Shown here one piece after another: positions 1 through 21,061 of a DNA stretch of 64,000 nucleotides (the first letter of the stretch is position 1; every line of letters begins with the position of its first letter). The stretch lies in contig CAVNZM010000004.1 in the NCBI GenBank assembly GCA_963693365.1, positions 3,122,389-3,186,388 of the forward strand, in the 5' to 3' direction. A program made the position numbers and the translations under genes. This DNA is from Amoebidium appalachense. Lineage: Eukaryota; Protista; Ichthyosporea. The notes under the pieces were generated by a model. The model saw only the letters and a list, made by a program, of their open reading frames with translations. It was not told the DNA's origin and ran no database searches.

Positions 1-272
1 TTTGAATGCTTGGGGTGTGTCGTGTGCTGTGCCTATGACGTGCACTGCTCCCGTATTGATGAGCCAATGGGCATGGGGGTGGGCCGTTGATTTATACATA
101 GAAGGGCCATATTTGAGGTGTCAGTGTAGTGGAGGGCGGGGGGGTGGAGAGGAGAAAGACACGGGGGTCATTATATTGATTGCGTGGGTGGGTGGGGGCG
201 GGTGTGTGTTTTTTGGGTGGGTGGGTGGGTGGGGTTGGGGTGGTGGTGGTGGTGGTGGTGTGTGTGTGTGGT

Positions 273-322
<50 letters not shown>

Positions 323-424
323 AGGAAAGGTGTCTGGTGGAGTATGCATGGTCCCATGTGTTCATATTTTTGGCATGTTGGGTCGTTTTCTGGTTGTGTC
401 TCTAAAGGCCATTTGTCCCCCCAG

Positions 425-1977
425 ACGGGCAAGATCCACTTCGGCTACATCTACGGGGTTGCCATGGTGGGCTGTGGCTGCCTGTTTGCCCTCCTCAACC
501 TCATGAGCGAAAAGGGCGTCACATTCACTGTATGTGAACCCCCCCCACCCCCCCCCACCTCCCCTCTTTTTTTGTCCCCCTTCCCTCTCTTGTCCCCGTC
601 CCCCTCCCCCTGCCCCTCCCTTCTCCCCCCAGCCTCCCCCCTTCCTCCCCCCTCCCCCCCTTCCCCCAATCATTGGCTCCTTCTACCCCCTTTGAACCCC
701 CTCCTAACGTTTCAGCGCTTTCTGGTGGTCTACGGTATTGTTTCTTTCACACCCTCGTGCTGTTGTTTCTTTTTGGAGCCTCTGCTGAACGTTACTGCGC
801 ACACTCCCAACACGAGAAAACTGAATGTGGATGGTAAACTGAAAACATAACACATGAAATGTTAACATCCCATGAGATACATGTCTCTACTACTTCTTTG
901 CTCCTTTTTGTCGTCCTCCTTTATGCCGCCTCCCCATTTTTCTCTCTTTATTACTCTTGTGCTAACCCCTGGGCCCTTCCTGGAGGATGGGCTCTGCTTA
1001 TTTATGCATACTCTTTATGTACGGTTTGCACTCTGCATCGTGTTATCCATTGTTCATGTGTACTTCGTACTTTATGACGCATTCAAACCCCCGAACCCCC
1101 CTGATGATGGGCTCTGTTCAAGTGTCTCTGCCTGCATGCTTAAATTGTTTGATTTTGGATTTCCCACCTTTGTGACGCTTTGTTGTTGCCCTTTGTTGTC
1201 TCCTCCATATTTGCAACCCTCTAACGCGTACCCCCCCCCCCCCCCCCCCCCCCCCCCTCGTTCCTCCCCTCTCGACCGATTCACTTTTCATGTGTCATGT
1301 GCAATGCAACCGATTTTATTATCCCCCCCCCCCCCCCCCCCCCCCCCCCTTTTTTTTTTTTTTGTCGAACACCCTGCTTCCCCATCTAAATTGACGTCTA
1401 TTATCCAAATCTCCTTGTCTCCGCACTTTATTGGGGGTTTAGATGGCCCTTCGTGTGGTTTGGATTACGTCGTCGTGTTGTGGTTTATGACAGCCTCACA
1501 TTCAAATGATGCCGATGAATGGCTATTGTGGTGGTGCATGTGGTTGAATGGGGCCATAAATGGTGAACTGGGCTAGTAGGAGTGGCTGGGACAATAAATA
1601 TGTGGCTGTGTAGCACGTTTTTTTTTTTTTTTTTTTTTTTGAAGGTGGCAACGGGCCGGGTTGCTCCCTGGATGGTGGCAGTGGTGCTGTTGCTGTCATC
1701 TATGTTTTTATTGTTAGTTTAGTTGTTTTTGTTTTTTTTTTGTTTTTTTTTTTTTTTTTGGGCACTTAATCAAGGGGGTAGCGGCTTCTGCAGTGGTCGT
1801 TGTGCGGCGGAAGGAGGGGGGGGGGGGGGGGGGGGGGGGAGGGGAGGGGGGGGGGAAGGAGGCCCTTTTTCGGGTGCTGACAGGGGATGCAGTGTGTGTG
1901 CAGTGTGCTGGGCTACTGCCTGCTGCCCATGGTCATCCTCTCCGTCCTCTCCATCGCATTCACACTCACGTACGTGA

Positions 1978-2016
<39 letters not shown>

Positions 2017-2450
2017 CGCTGTCCCTTGGCACCCAGTCTTAGGAATTTTGTGTCTCTCCCATTCACCCATTTACTCTCCTCAAATTCCTTGACTGCTCGC
2101 GTCCAATTTGTTATTCTCGCTTGTTTACTTTCCTGCCTGCAGCCACTCATGTGTAGCACAACGTGAAACTAATTTATACCAAGTTGTGTTTACGTAACAC
2201 GATCCCTGCCTTCTTCTCTGACCCCACCCTTGCATTCACCGCTACAGTGTCGCTTTTTTTGCCGTGTCCTGAAGGAAAGCAGGCTAGGTTGTTGTGAGTC
2301 GCTTTATGTCCTTGCCGGGGATGTCTGTTTTCTTGGTGTTCTGTGTGTGTATCTGTGTGGTGGTGTGTTTGTGTGCGGTGGTATGGGTGTAGGTGTGTGT
2401 GCTGGTGTAGGGGAGTGGGTGGGTGGGTGGTGTGTATGTGTGTGCGTGCG

Positions 2451-2522
<72 letters not shown>

Positions 2523-2533
2523 TGTGTGTGCGT

Positions 2534-2586
<53 letters not shown>

Positions 2587-2797
2587 GGTAGTGGTGAGGG
2601 TGGGGGGGGGGATCAGGGGGATGGGAGGGGTGTATGGGGAAAAAAGCCTCTGGGTTGTGGTATATCTTGTATTTGAGTGTATACTTACAATTTCTGGCAC
2701 GTACATCTGTGTGTAAATGTGAGGATGTACACTGATCTGTGTGAGTGTGGGTGTGTGTGGAGGTGGTGGTGTGTGCGGAAGTGGTGGTGGTTTGTGT

Positions 2798-2834
<37 letters not shown>

Positions 2835-3103
2835 GATTTGGTCACAGTATGTCCTCTTCGAATCTTTGAACACTAACAAACACATGGGTTTGGTGCTAAC
2901 AACGTAAGCACACATGCTAACTGTGTGTATGCATGTGCAGGGAGGTGTTTGGGCTGGTGCTCACACTGATCAGTGTGACGTGGTGCACCATATCTGCGGC
3001 AAAGATGTTCGTGCACGTGCTGCAGATGGCCGACCAGAGGTGGCTCATAGCATACCCGTGCGGCCTGCTCTATGGTGTGTTTGCACTAATGACAGTGTTC
3101 TAG
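425..3103 (+). CDS. YIPF5: Yip1-domain protein YIPF5/YIPF7-like, last three exons (425-529, 1893-1969, 2941-3103); 5' part lies upstream of the window
   Basis: The spliced translation [35 protein letters not shown]|[26 protein letters not shown]|[53 protein letters not shown] matches the YIPF5/Yip1 C-terminal half (FGYx[11 protein letters not shown], [13 protein letters not shown]). GT-AG junctions have compatible phases (0, 2); TAG stop at 3101-3103. Confidence 0.93.
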
Positions 3104-3712
3104 CGTGCATCCACTCGTGTGTCTGTGTGCGTGGGGGCCCGGGGTGAGGGGGGGGGGGGGGGGGGGGTTCGTTTTGCTAGTGGGTGACATTTTTCTTGGT
3201 TTGTCCAGAAAGTTAACTGGTTATGGGGTAGGTGTGATGCAACTCTATTTGAGCTTCCGAATGTTTGTGATCCAACAAGGCTTTTAACACCATAAGAACT
3301 GGATTTCGACACATGGAAACTGTATCAGTATGACGTATATGATGTGTTCAGCATTCTTGCGATTGCTGGCATGTGCGAATAAGACACGGTTGAAGTACAG
3401 TTTTAGATTTGGCCACGTCCAACTGAGACTTCAGATTCCACATGATTTTCTGTGAAATATGCACAATGTTATAAGAGGAAATATCTACATTTGCAGAATA
3501 AAGGTACTGTGTCAGACTCTTCATGGCCATGGATCCAGTCTGTGACTGTGCACGTGTAAATTGCATAACAGTCACACATTCGTGACGGTGTTGGGGTCAA
3601 ATGCATACCACACCCACACAGACAAACGCGCACACACATACAACACACAAACGCACACGCAACACGCACACATACACAGACACGCACACGACATGCACAT
3701 ACATGCATGCAT

Positions 3713-3809
<97 letters not shown>

Positions 3810-4504
3810 CACACACACACAAACACACACATACACATACATGAACACATACTACACACACACTCACACACACACACACACATACACACACATGAACACA
3901 CACACACACACAAATCTGATTCAACTGATAATGCCTAATATAGAATACGGTCGATATTGCTGAAATTCAAAACCTTCCCCCCTCCCCTCCCCCCCCCCCC
4001 CCTTCCTTCTCCGAGGGAGTTTGAGAGAGAGGACTCAGAGGCGGGGGGGGGGGGGGGGGGGGGGGGGGAGCAACTGTGATCACACTGAAATGTACTCTTT
4101 TTCTCCACACTGGCTGCAGATACTGTACCGTGAATTATAAAAAGGTTTGATATACAATCAACTCTCAACCTCCATATGCATGTACCTGTGATTACGCTAG
4201 GAGTATACCCTGCAGAAACCCACCAGGTCCTCCGAGTACGTTGTACTCAGCGTTGCAGGCTGAGGATCAATATTCAATATTCTGTCTAATTAGGCTACAT
4301 GTGCCTCGAGTAAACCGCGAAACACAACAAAAAATTCATATATGTGCAAGCCCATCAATTGCGTACCATCTGAAATATGTATAAATAAATGGTCATCGTG
4401 TGTTCAAGCTGTGTGTATGGGTGTCGGTTGTGGTAATGGTGTGTGTATACATGCACGTGTTTTTTTCGGAGGTGGCTGGCCAGGATCGCTTATCTGAGCC
4501 ACGG

Positions 4505-4605
4505 CGCAGTGATTGGCTGCGGCTTTAGCCAATCCGAGCGCATTTAAGATTTGTTCAAGATTTAGCCAATCAGTGACGGCTTTGGCAAATCGGGAACCCA
4601 ATCAG
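4505..4605 (+). promoter_or_regulatory. Cluster of four CCAAT/ATTGG boxes about 180-270 bp upstream of the GPCR-like ATG
   Basis: GATTGGCT (~4511), AGCCAATCC (~4527), AGCCAATCAG (~4564) and CCCAATCAG (~4597) resemble the NF-Y consensus. The function is inferred from position only. Confidence 0.4.
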
Positions 4606-4778
4606 CATGCAGGTGACATGCCTGTTGCCAGATTGCAGAACCCACGCGAGTATAACCCGAGACGGCGGTTCACAACGCCATTTTCAAACTTTTGCCCTTA
4701 GGACACATAGGCACACGGTTAGAAAACACACAACGGTACCCTGCATGTACATGCAGACTTCCTGCACTAAAACCAACC

Positions 4779-12433
<7,655 letters not shown>

Positions 12434-13481
12434 ATTTGGCATAGGACCCACCCACCCCAACACAGAAAAAAATCACTACCGACCAGGTACGATGTGGAAT
12501 GTTGTATTTGAGTGTATGCAGGTCCGACTTGAAGATTTGCGTGATAATTTAGCATGAAATTGTACATAACTAATGTGTTAGCGAACACAACCTGTGTCAT
12601 GCAAGAGCAGCTCAGCTGCAGATGGCTGAAACCACCACTAATTTAAACTTTAGTTTCACACTTTTGCAGAATACAAAACGACTAAAAAAGTAGGAATATA
12701 GCCTTAGGTTAGACGTTTTCCTTACCAGATTGTCTTTGGGTTCAAAGTAGTACTACTTATAATATGCCCGCGGCCGAGCTATTGAGCCGCTGGCTCATTC
12801 TGATAATTGGTTGTTTGCCTGTGTGCCCCAATGCATATGGGTGGCCACACGCACCGACACCTCATACATTCTTCACATCATACTGACTGGGTGCAATAAA
12901 GGAGGGGCCGTGGGGGAGAAGGTGGGGGAGTTGGGGAGGGGAGGGGGGGGGGGGGGGGTTAGGGGTAGGGGAGGGGGGGAGGGGTGGAGGGATTATGTGG
13001 TCAGGTGGGGTCACGAGTTGGGTGGTGCCGTACACGTCCCTTTGTGCATGTGTGTACAGTATGCACATGTGCAACAGTGTAACCACTTGCATGGTGCACG
13101 TACAAGAAAGTGCAGAGTAGAGTTGTGTGTGTGGGGTGCGGATGTGCAAATGTGCTCCATCGTACATGTTTGAGTTAGTCAGCTGATCAGTAAGCTTAGC
13201 ATGTACATGTTCGTGTTCGTGGTGGCTTGCCCTCCCCCCCCCCCCCCCCTCCCCCCCTTCCCCTCCCCCGGCCCCGCACTACCACCACCCCCCACCCCCC
13301 CACCCACCCTACCACCCCTACTATTCACCGGACCTGTATATAGCATGTAGTCATTCGGGATACATCATACCTATGATAGCATGCACTTAGCATGAAGTCA
13401 TCGAGACATATCATACCTATATGATAAATTTCTCGAACACGCACGTGCACACCGCTGTGTGTGTGGTGTGTATGTGTGTGT

Positions 13482-13518
<37 letters not shown>

Positions 13519-14220
13519 AAGCCACATTAACCCGACATTGAACACAAGTGGAGACTGCCTCGGCAATCAGTAAGAGGATATGCAAGGGTTGTGCCATGAA
13601 AGGCATCGACATGTCTCATTTTGATGAAGTAATAAACCGTAACTGCAGCCATTCAGCCCGTCAAATCGATGCCACATGCACGGTGTATAGCCTCATTTAT
13701 TCGTAAAACATCTGCCTGGTGGCTTTACATTTCCACCCAATAGCTACTGTGGGCTATGTACACGTGCCAGTATGCGCAAGTCAGCATACAATCAGCTACC
13801 AAATAGTTGAAACCCAGCAAAACGACGATTCTCATCCAAATTTGCGGTGTGGGACTTTACATACTCCATAAAATAGCATGGCCTTAGGATAGAAAGGCAC
13901 ATTGCTCTCTTACAGCATATATGGGAGAAAGAGTATGTGTTACATGATATATCGATTAAGCGCCAAGCCGGAAAATACAGATGCCTCTATATGACACGGT
14001 CCCTTTGGGAAAAACTTTTATGTTTGGCATGGTTTTGGGAGGATAAACGGATGCCATGTATCCCTGGATCTAGCATATGTCCTTCAGTAAGAAAAGACGA
14101 AAAAACAAGACGGGAAGAAAAAGGGAAGAAGAGGGGAAAAGGGCAGAAGAAAGAAAAAGGAAAAGGCCCTGATGTGATGGGCGGATATGATCATACACGT
14201 CAAACACCACCCAGTGGCAC

Positions 14221-14506
14221 ACCCATCAATCGGCAACCACACACATCACGCAATGCATCATCACCAGCACAACGACGTGATTCACAGACAATCGTCATCT
14301 GTCATCTGGGAACAATCAGTCCACTCACCAATCAGTGACCACACATCACGTGCACAGCCACGTGATACACACGTCATCGTCATCTGGGAACAGTTGCAGC
14401 CAGTCCGTGCACCAATCAGCAACCACACACATCACGTGATACACGACCACGTGTACGACCACGTGATTCAAAGGTCGTCGTCATCTGGGAACAAACAGTC
14501 CGTGCA
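14221..14506. repeat. Degenerate tandem repeat (about 3 units, 80-105 bp) rich in CACGTG and CCAATCAG, overlapping the last codons and 3' UTR of the BTB-F-box-LRR gene
   Basis: GTCATCTGGGAACA...CAGTCC occurs three times (~14301, ~14379, ~14480) and CACACATCACG three times. Confidence 0.7.
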
Positions 14507-15935
14507 CGAGCCACTATTGCTGATGACGGTAGCAGGCAGGGCCTTTTGCAGGCGGGCCTTAATAGCCTCCCTGCCACACAGCTGCAGGTCGCTACAGATG
14601 TGGTAGCCAGTTAGGTCAATCTGCTGGAGAAACGCAAGGGGGCTGAATACGGACAGGAGAACTGCACCGGTCACCTGCCCATAGAAATAGTCAGTGTGTG
14701 TGTGGCTGGAAATGCATGGGCTCGTATCTGGTTTACAAGCATTTAATGAGAGGAAAGGGGGGCCGGTGGGGGCATCAAAGAAGAAACAAAAATGGTCAGG
14801 CAGCACCACAAAACCATCTCTGCCGAACACAACCAGCAACCCCCCCCCCCCCCCCCAACACACACACCCCTCCCCACCAAAAAAAAAAAAAGCCGAAAAT
14901 CTCACCTTACCCCATTACCCACACGTGCCGCTCCCACTTCCAACACCACCACCGCTGCCGCCGAAAAAAAAATCACCTTTCTCTTCCTCCACCCCCCAAC
15001 CAACCAACCAAAACACCACCCCACCCACCCCACCCCCACCACCACCACACACACACACACACACAGCCCACAATACCAGCCTGCATATACACAGCAACCT
15101 GCCCTCATGCACATTCAATTCACACTCTGCCTCCCCCCCCCCACAGAAAAAAAAAAAAAAAAAACACCTTGCTCGTCACCTCCATTCCTCCCCCCCTCCC
15201 CCCCCCCCCCCCCCCAAACCATCCCCCCCCCCCCCCCCCCCCCCTTCTCCACCCATAAAACACATTCCCAGACGTCTGACATGGGAACTAAACTTCAGAA
15301 AGAAAAAAAAACAAAAAACAAATACTCGCACGTCACACGTACCTTCTGGGCCGAGTCCTCTACCAGGTGGCAGTCCTCCAGCACTATGCGCAGTGACTCC
15401 AGGCCTGGCAGGTGGCTGCTGATGCGCCCAACCAGCGCCACTAGCTCACTGCGCTCGGGCTGGTACAGGTACGTGGCCAGCACCTACCAGCAGTGTCAGC
15501 ACGTGATGCATAGTGGGTATAGCACACACCAAGGGGATGCAAGGACACACAAGGCGTGTTCGTTAATGCATGCACACGGCTGCCTGAATAACGCCTACAA
15601 ACAATGTCAGCACACAGAGTATAATGGTAATAAGCGCTCACCAACGGGATGAAAGGACATGTTGTTGGCAAAACACACACTTAGGGAATGCAAGGATATA
15701 CACTGGCTTGCACACACAGCAACGGGAAAAAAGGGCACATACTCGGTAACACACACAGCAAAGGGATCAAAGGGAGGACGTCTGTGCCTGCACTGAAAAC
15801 CGTAGCCCGACGCATTGAATGTTTCATGCATAAACCATCATCGTGTGTACCCACACACACGGTAAGCGCATTCATGTGCCGGTGATTGTCATGCCCTACT
15901 TCCCACTCTGCTCTTCTCTCCAAAAAAAAAAAAGT

Positions 15936-15981
<46 letters not shown>

Positions 15982-16125
15982 CTCGCCCGTGCATGAGCGC
16001 GAAGACCTTTGTGTGCGTGTGTGCATGTGTGTGGTGTGTGTATCGTGTGTGCATGTGGGCACTCACGTGTGTGCCTGTCTGTTGTGTGTGCGTGTGCATG
16101 CGTATGCATGTGTGTGTTGTGTGGG

Positions 16126-16173
<48 letters not shown>

Positions 16174-17979
16174 TGTGTGTGTGTGTGTGTGTGTCGTTGC
16201 CTGTGTATGTGTGAATGCCCATGTGTGTATACGTGCCCAAACCCACCTTCAGGTTCTGCAGGGGGGGGAACTTTGCCCAGAAGTGTTTTGTGACGTTGTG
16301 TGCGGTACCGAACCTCTCCAGGTTTGTCAGCTGGGCCAGGGTGTCCAGCAACACCTCCTCGATGTCCGGGTCACGGTCACTGCACAGGGCAAACACCAAT
16401 AATTACTAGGCATGAAAGACGGAACAAAAAGTCTCCAAACACACGGCAACATGGGGTGAGGCCAACGTCTATACAATGAGGGGGCAATAGACAATGTTGA
16501 TTGTACCATCGTGCACAATTATCCTTTTTCCACACATCACTCGGTTGCCCTCTTCCACAATGTTTCTCACTGACACCGTTGCCGTGGTGGTTGTTGATAC
16601 ATCTTACAAACACCAAGAGTGAACCACAGTGTGTGGACGGACATGCACAACACAACATTTACCCCTGCCGTCTTCAAAGCCGACACACCTCTGTGGCTAC
16701 CCTAACCAACGTTTATGTACATCGGCCAGGCGTGCCCCCCTTCCTCTCCCTGCTCCTTCTTCCCCACCAACCCAGCCTCCCCTGCCTACCTACATCACTC
16801 ACTCATCCACCCACACCACCTAGCTCCCCCCCTCCCCCCCGGTGCCCCAACCCCACGCACACATACGTCAAACCCCCCCCCACACACACACACACACTCC
16901 CCCTTCCCAAAAAAAAGCACACCCACACTACCCACCCACATCCCCAAAGAGCCTCCCCCCCCCCCCCCCCCATCCCCTCCTCCACACACCCCCACGCACC
17001 AAAAGAAATCACACTGCAGGCGTCTGAGCTGAGGCATATCCCTGACCGCAGCAAGGAACCCACGTCTCCCCCCCCGCGTCCCCCCCCCCCCCCCCCCTCC
17101 TCCCCCTCCTCCCCCCTCCCTTCCCTCAAAAAACAAAAAAACGAAAAAACGAAAAAAAAAAGGAAAAAAAAAAAAAAGAAAAGAAAAAAAAAAACGCACC
17201 AGAAGAAGTCACACTGCAGGCGTCTGAGCTGAGGCATATCCCTGACCACGGCCAGGAAGTCCAGTGCACTATCAAACTCCTCCGTGTCCAGCTCCAGGTC
17301 CTGCAGACTAGTCAGCCCCCTCAGCAGGCCCAGACTGTCATCATCACTGGCAAGGGACAGGTTGAGGTCAAGGTACAGGCGGCGCAGCTGGCCTAGTTGG
17401 CTGACCGCTGTAAGAAGGGGACGAACAACGGCTACATCCTGTGTGGGTGTGGGTGGGTGATTGGTGTTAGTTGCATGGGGGTTGAATGTATGTGCTGTGT
17501 GTTATGGCAGTACATAAACATATGTTTTCGTGTGTAAAAATATATTCTTTGGGGGAGGGGGGGGGGGGGGGGGGGGGGGTTGAATGCGGAACACGGTACT
17601 AAGTACGCATACACGACGAGAAGCATGGTGCAGGACACATGCAAAGGCAAACATTCAAGTATGCAACATCAGCCATGCGCACAGTATGCGTCATAAGCAG
17701 AGCCCATCCTCAGGGAGGACCCAAGTCATCAATTGCGTCTGAGTTTCGACCCCTTAGCCCGCGTATATACGACGCTCCAACTCAGACAGCAGCATCAACT
17801 GAACTTGGGCGGATCAACCCGTCTTGATCAAAGACGAGCAGGGTTGCTTATGCAAGCAAGGTGAGCAAAACGGTGAAGATGTGTGTGCAAACTAATGCAG
17901 TGCAGCGAAAAATGTGCATGTGCTTACAGATGCACGACACAGAGTAACCATGCCCGGTTGCATGGAAGTAAAGTAAAGT

Positions 17980-18030
<51 letters not shown>

Positions 18031-18168
18031 GGGGGGTTCCACAAGCGTAGGGAGACACACACAGACAGAGGCACATAAGTCACCAGTGCTTCATCCACCC
18101 GATTCTAGTGGGCCACCCATACCCCGCCATGGCATGGCCACATACAATCAGCCATGACCACTGTAACG

Positions 18169-18211
<43 letters not shown>

Positions 18212-19303
18212 AAAAAAACCAAAAAAAAAACCAACCCCACCCTCACCACACAACACGCCCACACACCGGTGCTAAAGTGCACACCCATGCCATCTTCTAC
18301 CGCTTTACCCGCTGTGCCGCTCTCCTTCCCTCAACAATACCTCAACATAGCAACACAAACATCGTACAAATCCCTCTCCCCCCTCCCCCCTCCCCCCTCC
18401 CCCCCCCCCCCCAAGCCCTCCCCCGCTCTCCCCCTCCCCCCCCCCCCCCCACCACACACACACACACACACACACACCGTCCCTCTTACAGAGTAAAAAA
18501 AAAATGCCCGTGTGCACACAGCTCACCTGCCTACTGTCTCTCCACAGGAACGTCTTCAGGCTTGTGGCCTGAGGCAGATACTCAAAGGTGGGCAGCACAT
18601 CCTTGGACCCAGTCAGGTGGGGGCACCCCTCCAGGTCCAAACCATGCAGGTGGGGTAGGCGCTGCAGGCTGGCTAACAGCTGGGGGGTGGCCCCAGGGCA
18701 GTTTGCCAGCGCCAGAAACTGTAGGTGGCCCAGTCCGGCAAGGGGGGCAAAGTCGGTGCGGCTAAGATTGCTGTTGCGGATAGTGAGGCTGGTCACGTAG
18801 CGGAGAGGTGCCTGTGTGGGATTAGAGCGGTTAGCGTGTGTTGATTGGGCAGAAATGGAAATGTGCACTTGAGCATAGGCATGAGCGTGCTAGTGACCCA
18901 GCTTTGAATCAGAGATTTGCATATTTACTTGCCAATAAACCCCCCTCCCTCCTCCCTCCCCCCATGTCCCCCCCCCCCCCCCCCCCCCCCCCAGCGTAAG
19001 CACACACACACACACAAAAGAAACGTACATGGACTCCCACAAAGGGCCCCCATCATCACTACACCCACATTCCCTTACCACCCCCTGCAGCAATTGAGCA
19101 ACACCTGATACTAAACCCTCTTCCCGATTCCCTTTAAAACCATCTTCCAAGAAGTCCCCCCCCGTCTTTCCCCATACGGACACAACCCTTCAACCCGCAC
19201 AAAAGGCTGCCTCACACTACAAACCTTCCTCCGGTCCTTCCTGCCAACCCCGGCAACACCAAGAGAGGGCCTCAATCTATGCCTCAATCGATCATCCCCA
19301 GCC

Positions 19304-19334
<31 letters not shown>

Positions 19335-20042
19335 AACCCCTCTCTCTCACCCCCTCCCCCTCCCCCCCCCCCCCCCAAAAAAACAAAAAAAAACAAAAAA
19401 CAAAAAAACACCACCACCCACCTTATTAGTGAGGTGCAGGACCAGGTTTCCTTGGCAGTGTGGGGCCTGCCTGTCCAGGTGGTTTGCAAGCATGCGGGCC
19501 AGCCTGGGGGCACTGCAGAACAGGGGCAGCTGGCTGTCTGGGCCCTGCATGTCGACCTCAATGGCTACACGTCGGGCTACCGGCTGGGCTATCGTCAGCT
19601 CAAGTCCACTGCTGGGGTCTTCTGTCTCCTGAGGTTATTGTTTGGAGTTAATAGGGGGTGGGTGGGGAAAAGATGTGATGATGGGGTTGATAGGAGTATG
19701 AAAAGGACGGGGGAGGAGGGAGAGGCAGAGGATAAGGGAGGGAGGGAGGAAAGAGGAGGGAGAGGGGAGAGGGGGGAGGGGGGGCATCGAGCTAGAGAGA
19801 GAGAGCGAGAGAGAGGGAGGAGAGAGAGGAAGGAGAGATGGAGGGATGGAGGGCCAGAGAGGCAGAGAAGGGCGGTGGGGGGGAAGGAAGGGTTCGGAGA
19901 AGCAGCCGAGGCAGGACAAGACATAATGGACATAAGATGATTGATAACATGGAAAGGTCATGCATCCAGTCTCCTGAAAGCATGAGTTTGAGGGGGGGGG
20001 GAGGAGGAATCTTTGACAGGGCCTCCTTTTTTGTTTGTGCGT

Positions 20043-20101
<59 letters not shown>

Positions 20102-21027
20102 GGGGGGGGGGGGGAGGGGGGGGGGGGGGGGGGGGGGAGGGGGGGGGGGGGGGGGGGGAGATCAATAATGCCATACAATACTGATCTCAGACTGCCAAGG
20201 GGAAGGGCTAGACGAGTATGGCCGTTGCATAGGTAGAGAGGAGGAAATGTAGTGGTGTGCTTGTGTGGTAGATGGTGTGTGTGTATGTGTGTGCGCGAGC
20301 ACACGTGTGTGCGAGAACACTGGTGTATATGTGTGTGTGCAAGCATATGTGTATGTCAGTGTGACTGTGAATGTGAATGTGTGTGAGTGTGAGTGTGGGG
20401 GTGAGTGTGAGGTTGAGGGTGAATGCAAGTGTGAGCAGGTGAGCGTGAGTACGTGTGTGTGTGTGTATGTATGTGGGTGTGTGTGTGCATGTGCGTGTGC
20501 GCCTTCGCGGATACGATTGTGCATGTCTGTGTGTGCCTGCACTCGTATATGTGTAAGCAAAGTGTACATATGAGTGTGTGTGGTGTAAGTATTTCAGTGT
20601 GTGTGTTTGTGTGCGTCTGTGTGTGTGGTTGTGTGTGTGCAAATGCATGTACATATGCATGCTTGTGTGTGTGCGTGTGCGTCTGGATATACAGTGTGTG
20701 TGTGTGTGTGCTAATGATGCCATGTGCATTACCTCGTCCGTGCCGGGTGCACTCTCAGGCAGAATGCCCAATACCATGCACTTGACGTGCACGTCAGGTC
20801 TGTCCTGCATCACTACCCGCCGCCACTGCCGGCACACCTGCGTGTGCACGTCTTAGTAAGTACTGCTAATCACTTGCTCCCTTCCCCCCCCCCCCCTTCC
20901 TCCCCCCCCCAAAAATGCCCCTCCTCCGGGGCCTCTATCTTCCCACTGTCCCACCAAAAGTGAACTTAACTGCTAAGCACAACACCCGTGCAAAACAAAG
21001 CACAACCAACCAATTATGTGCCTCCTC

Positions 21028-21061
<34 letters not shown>

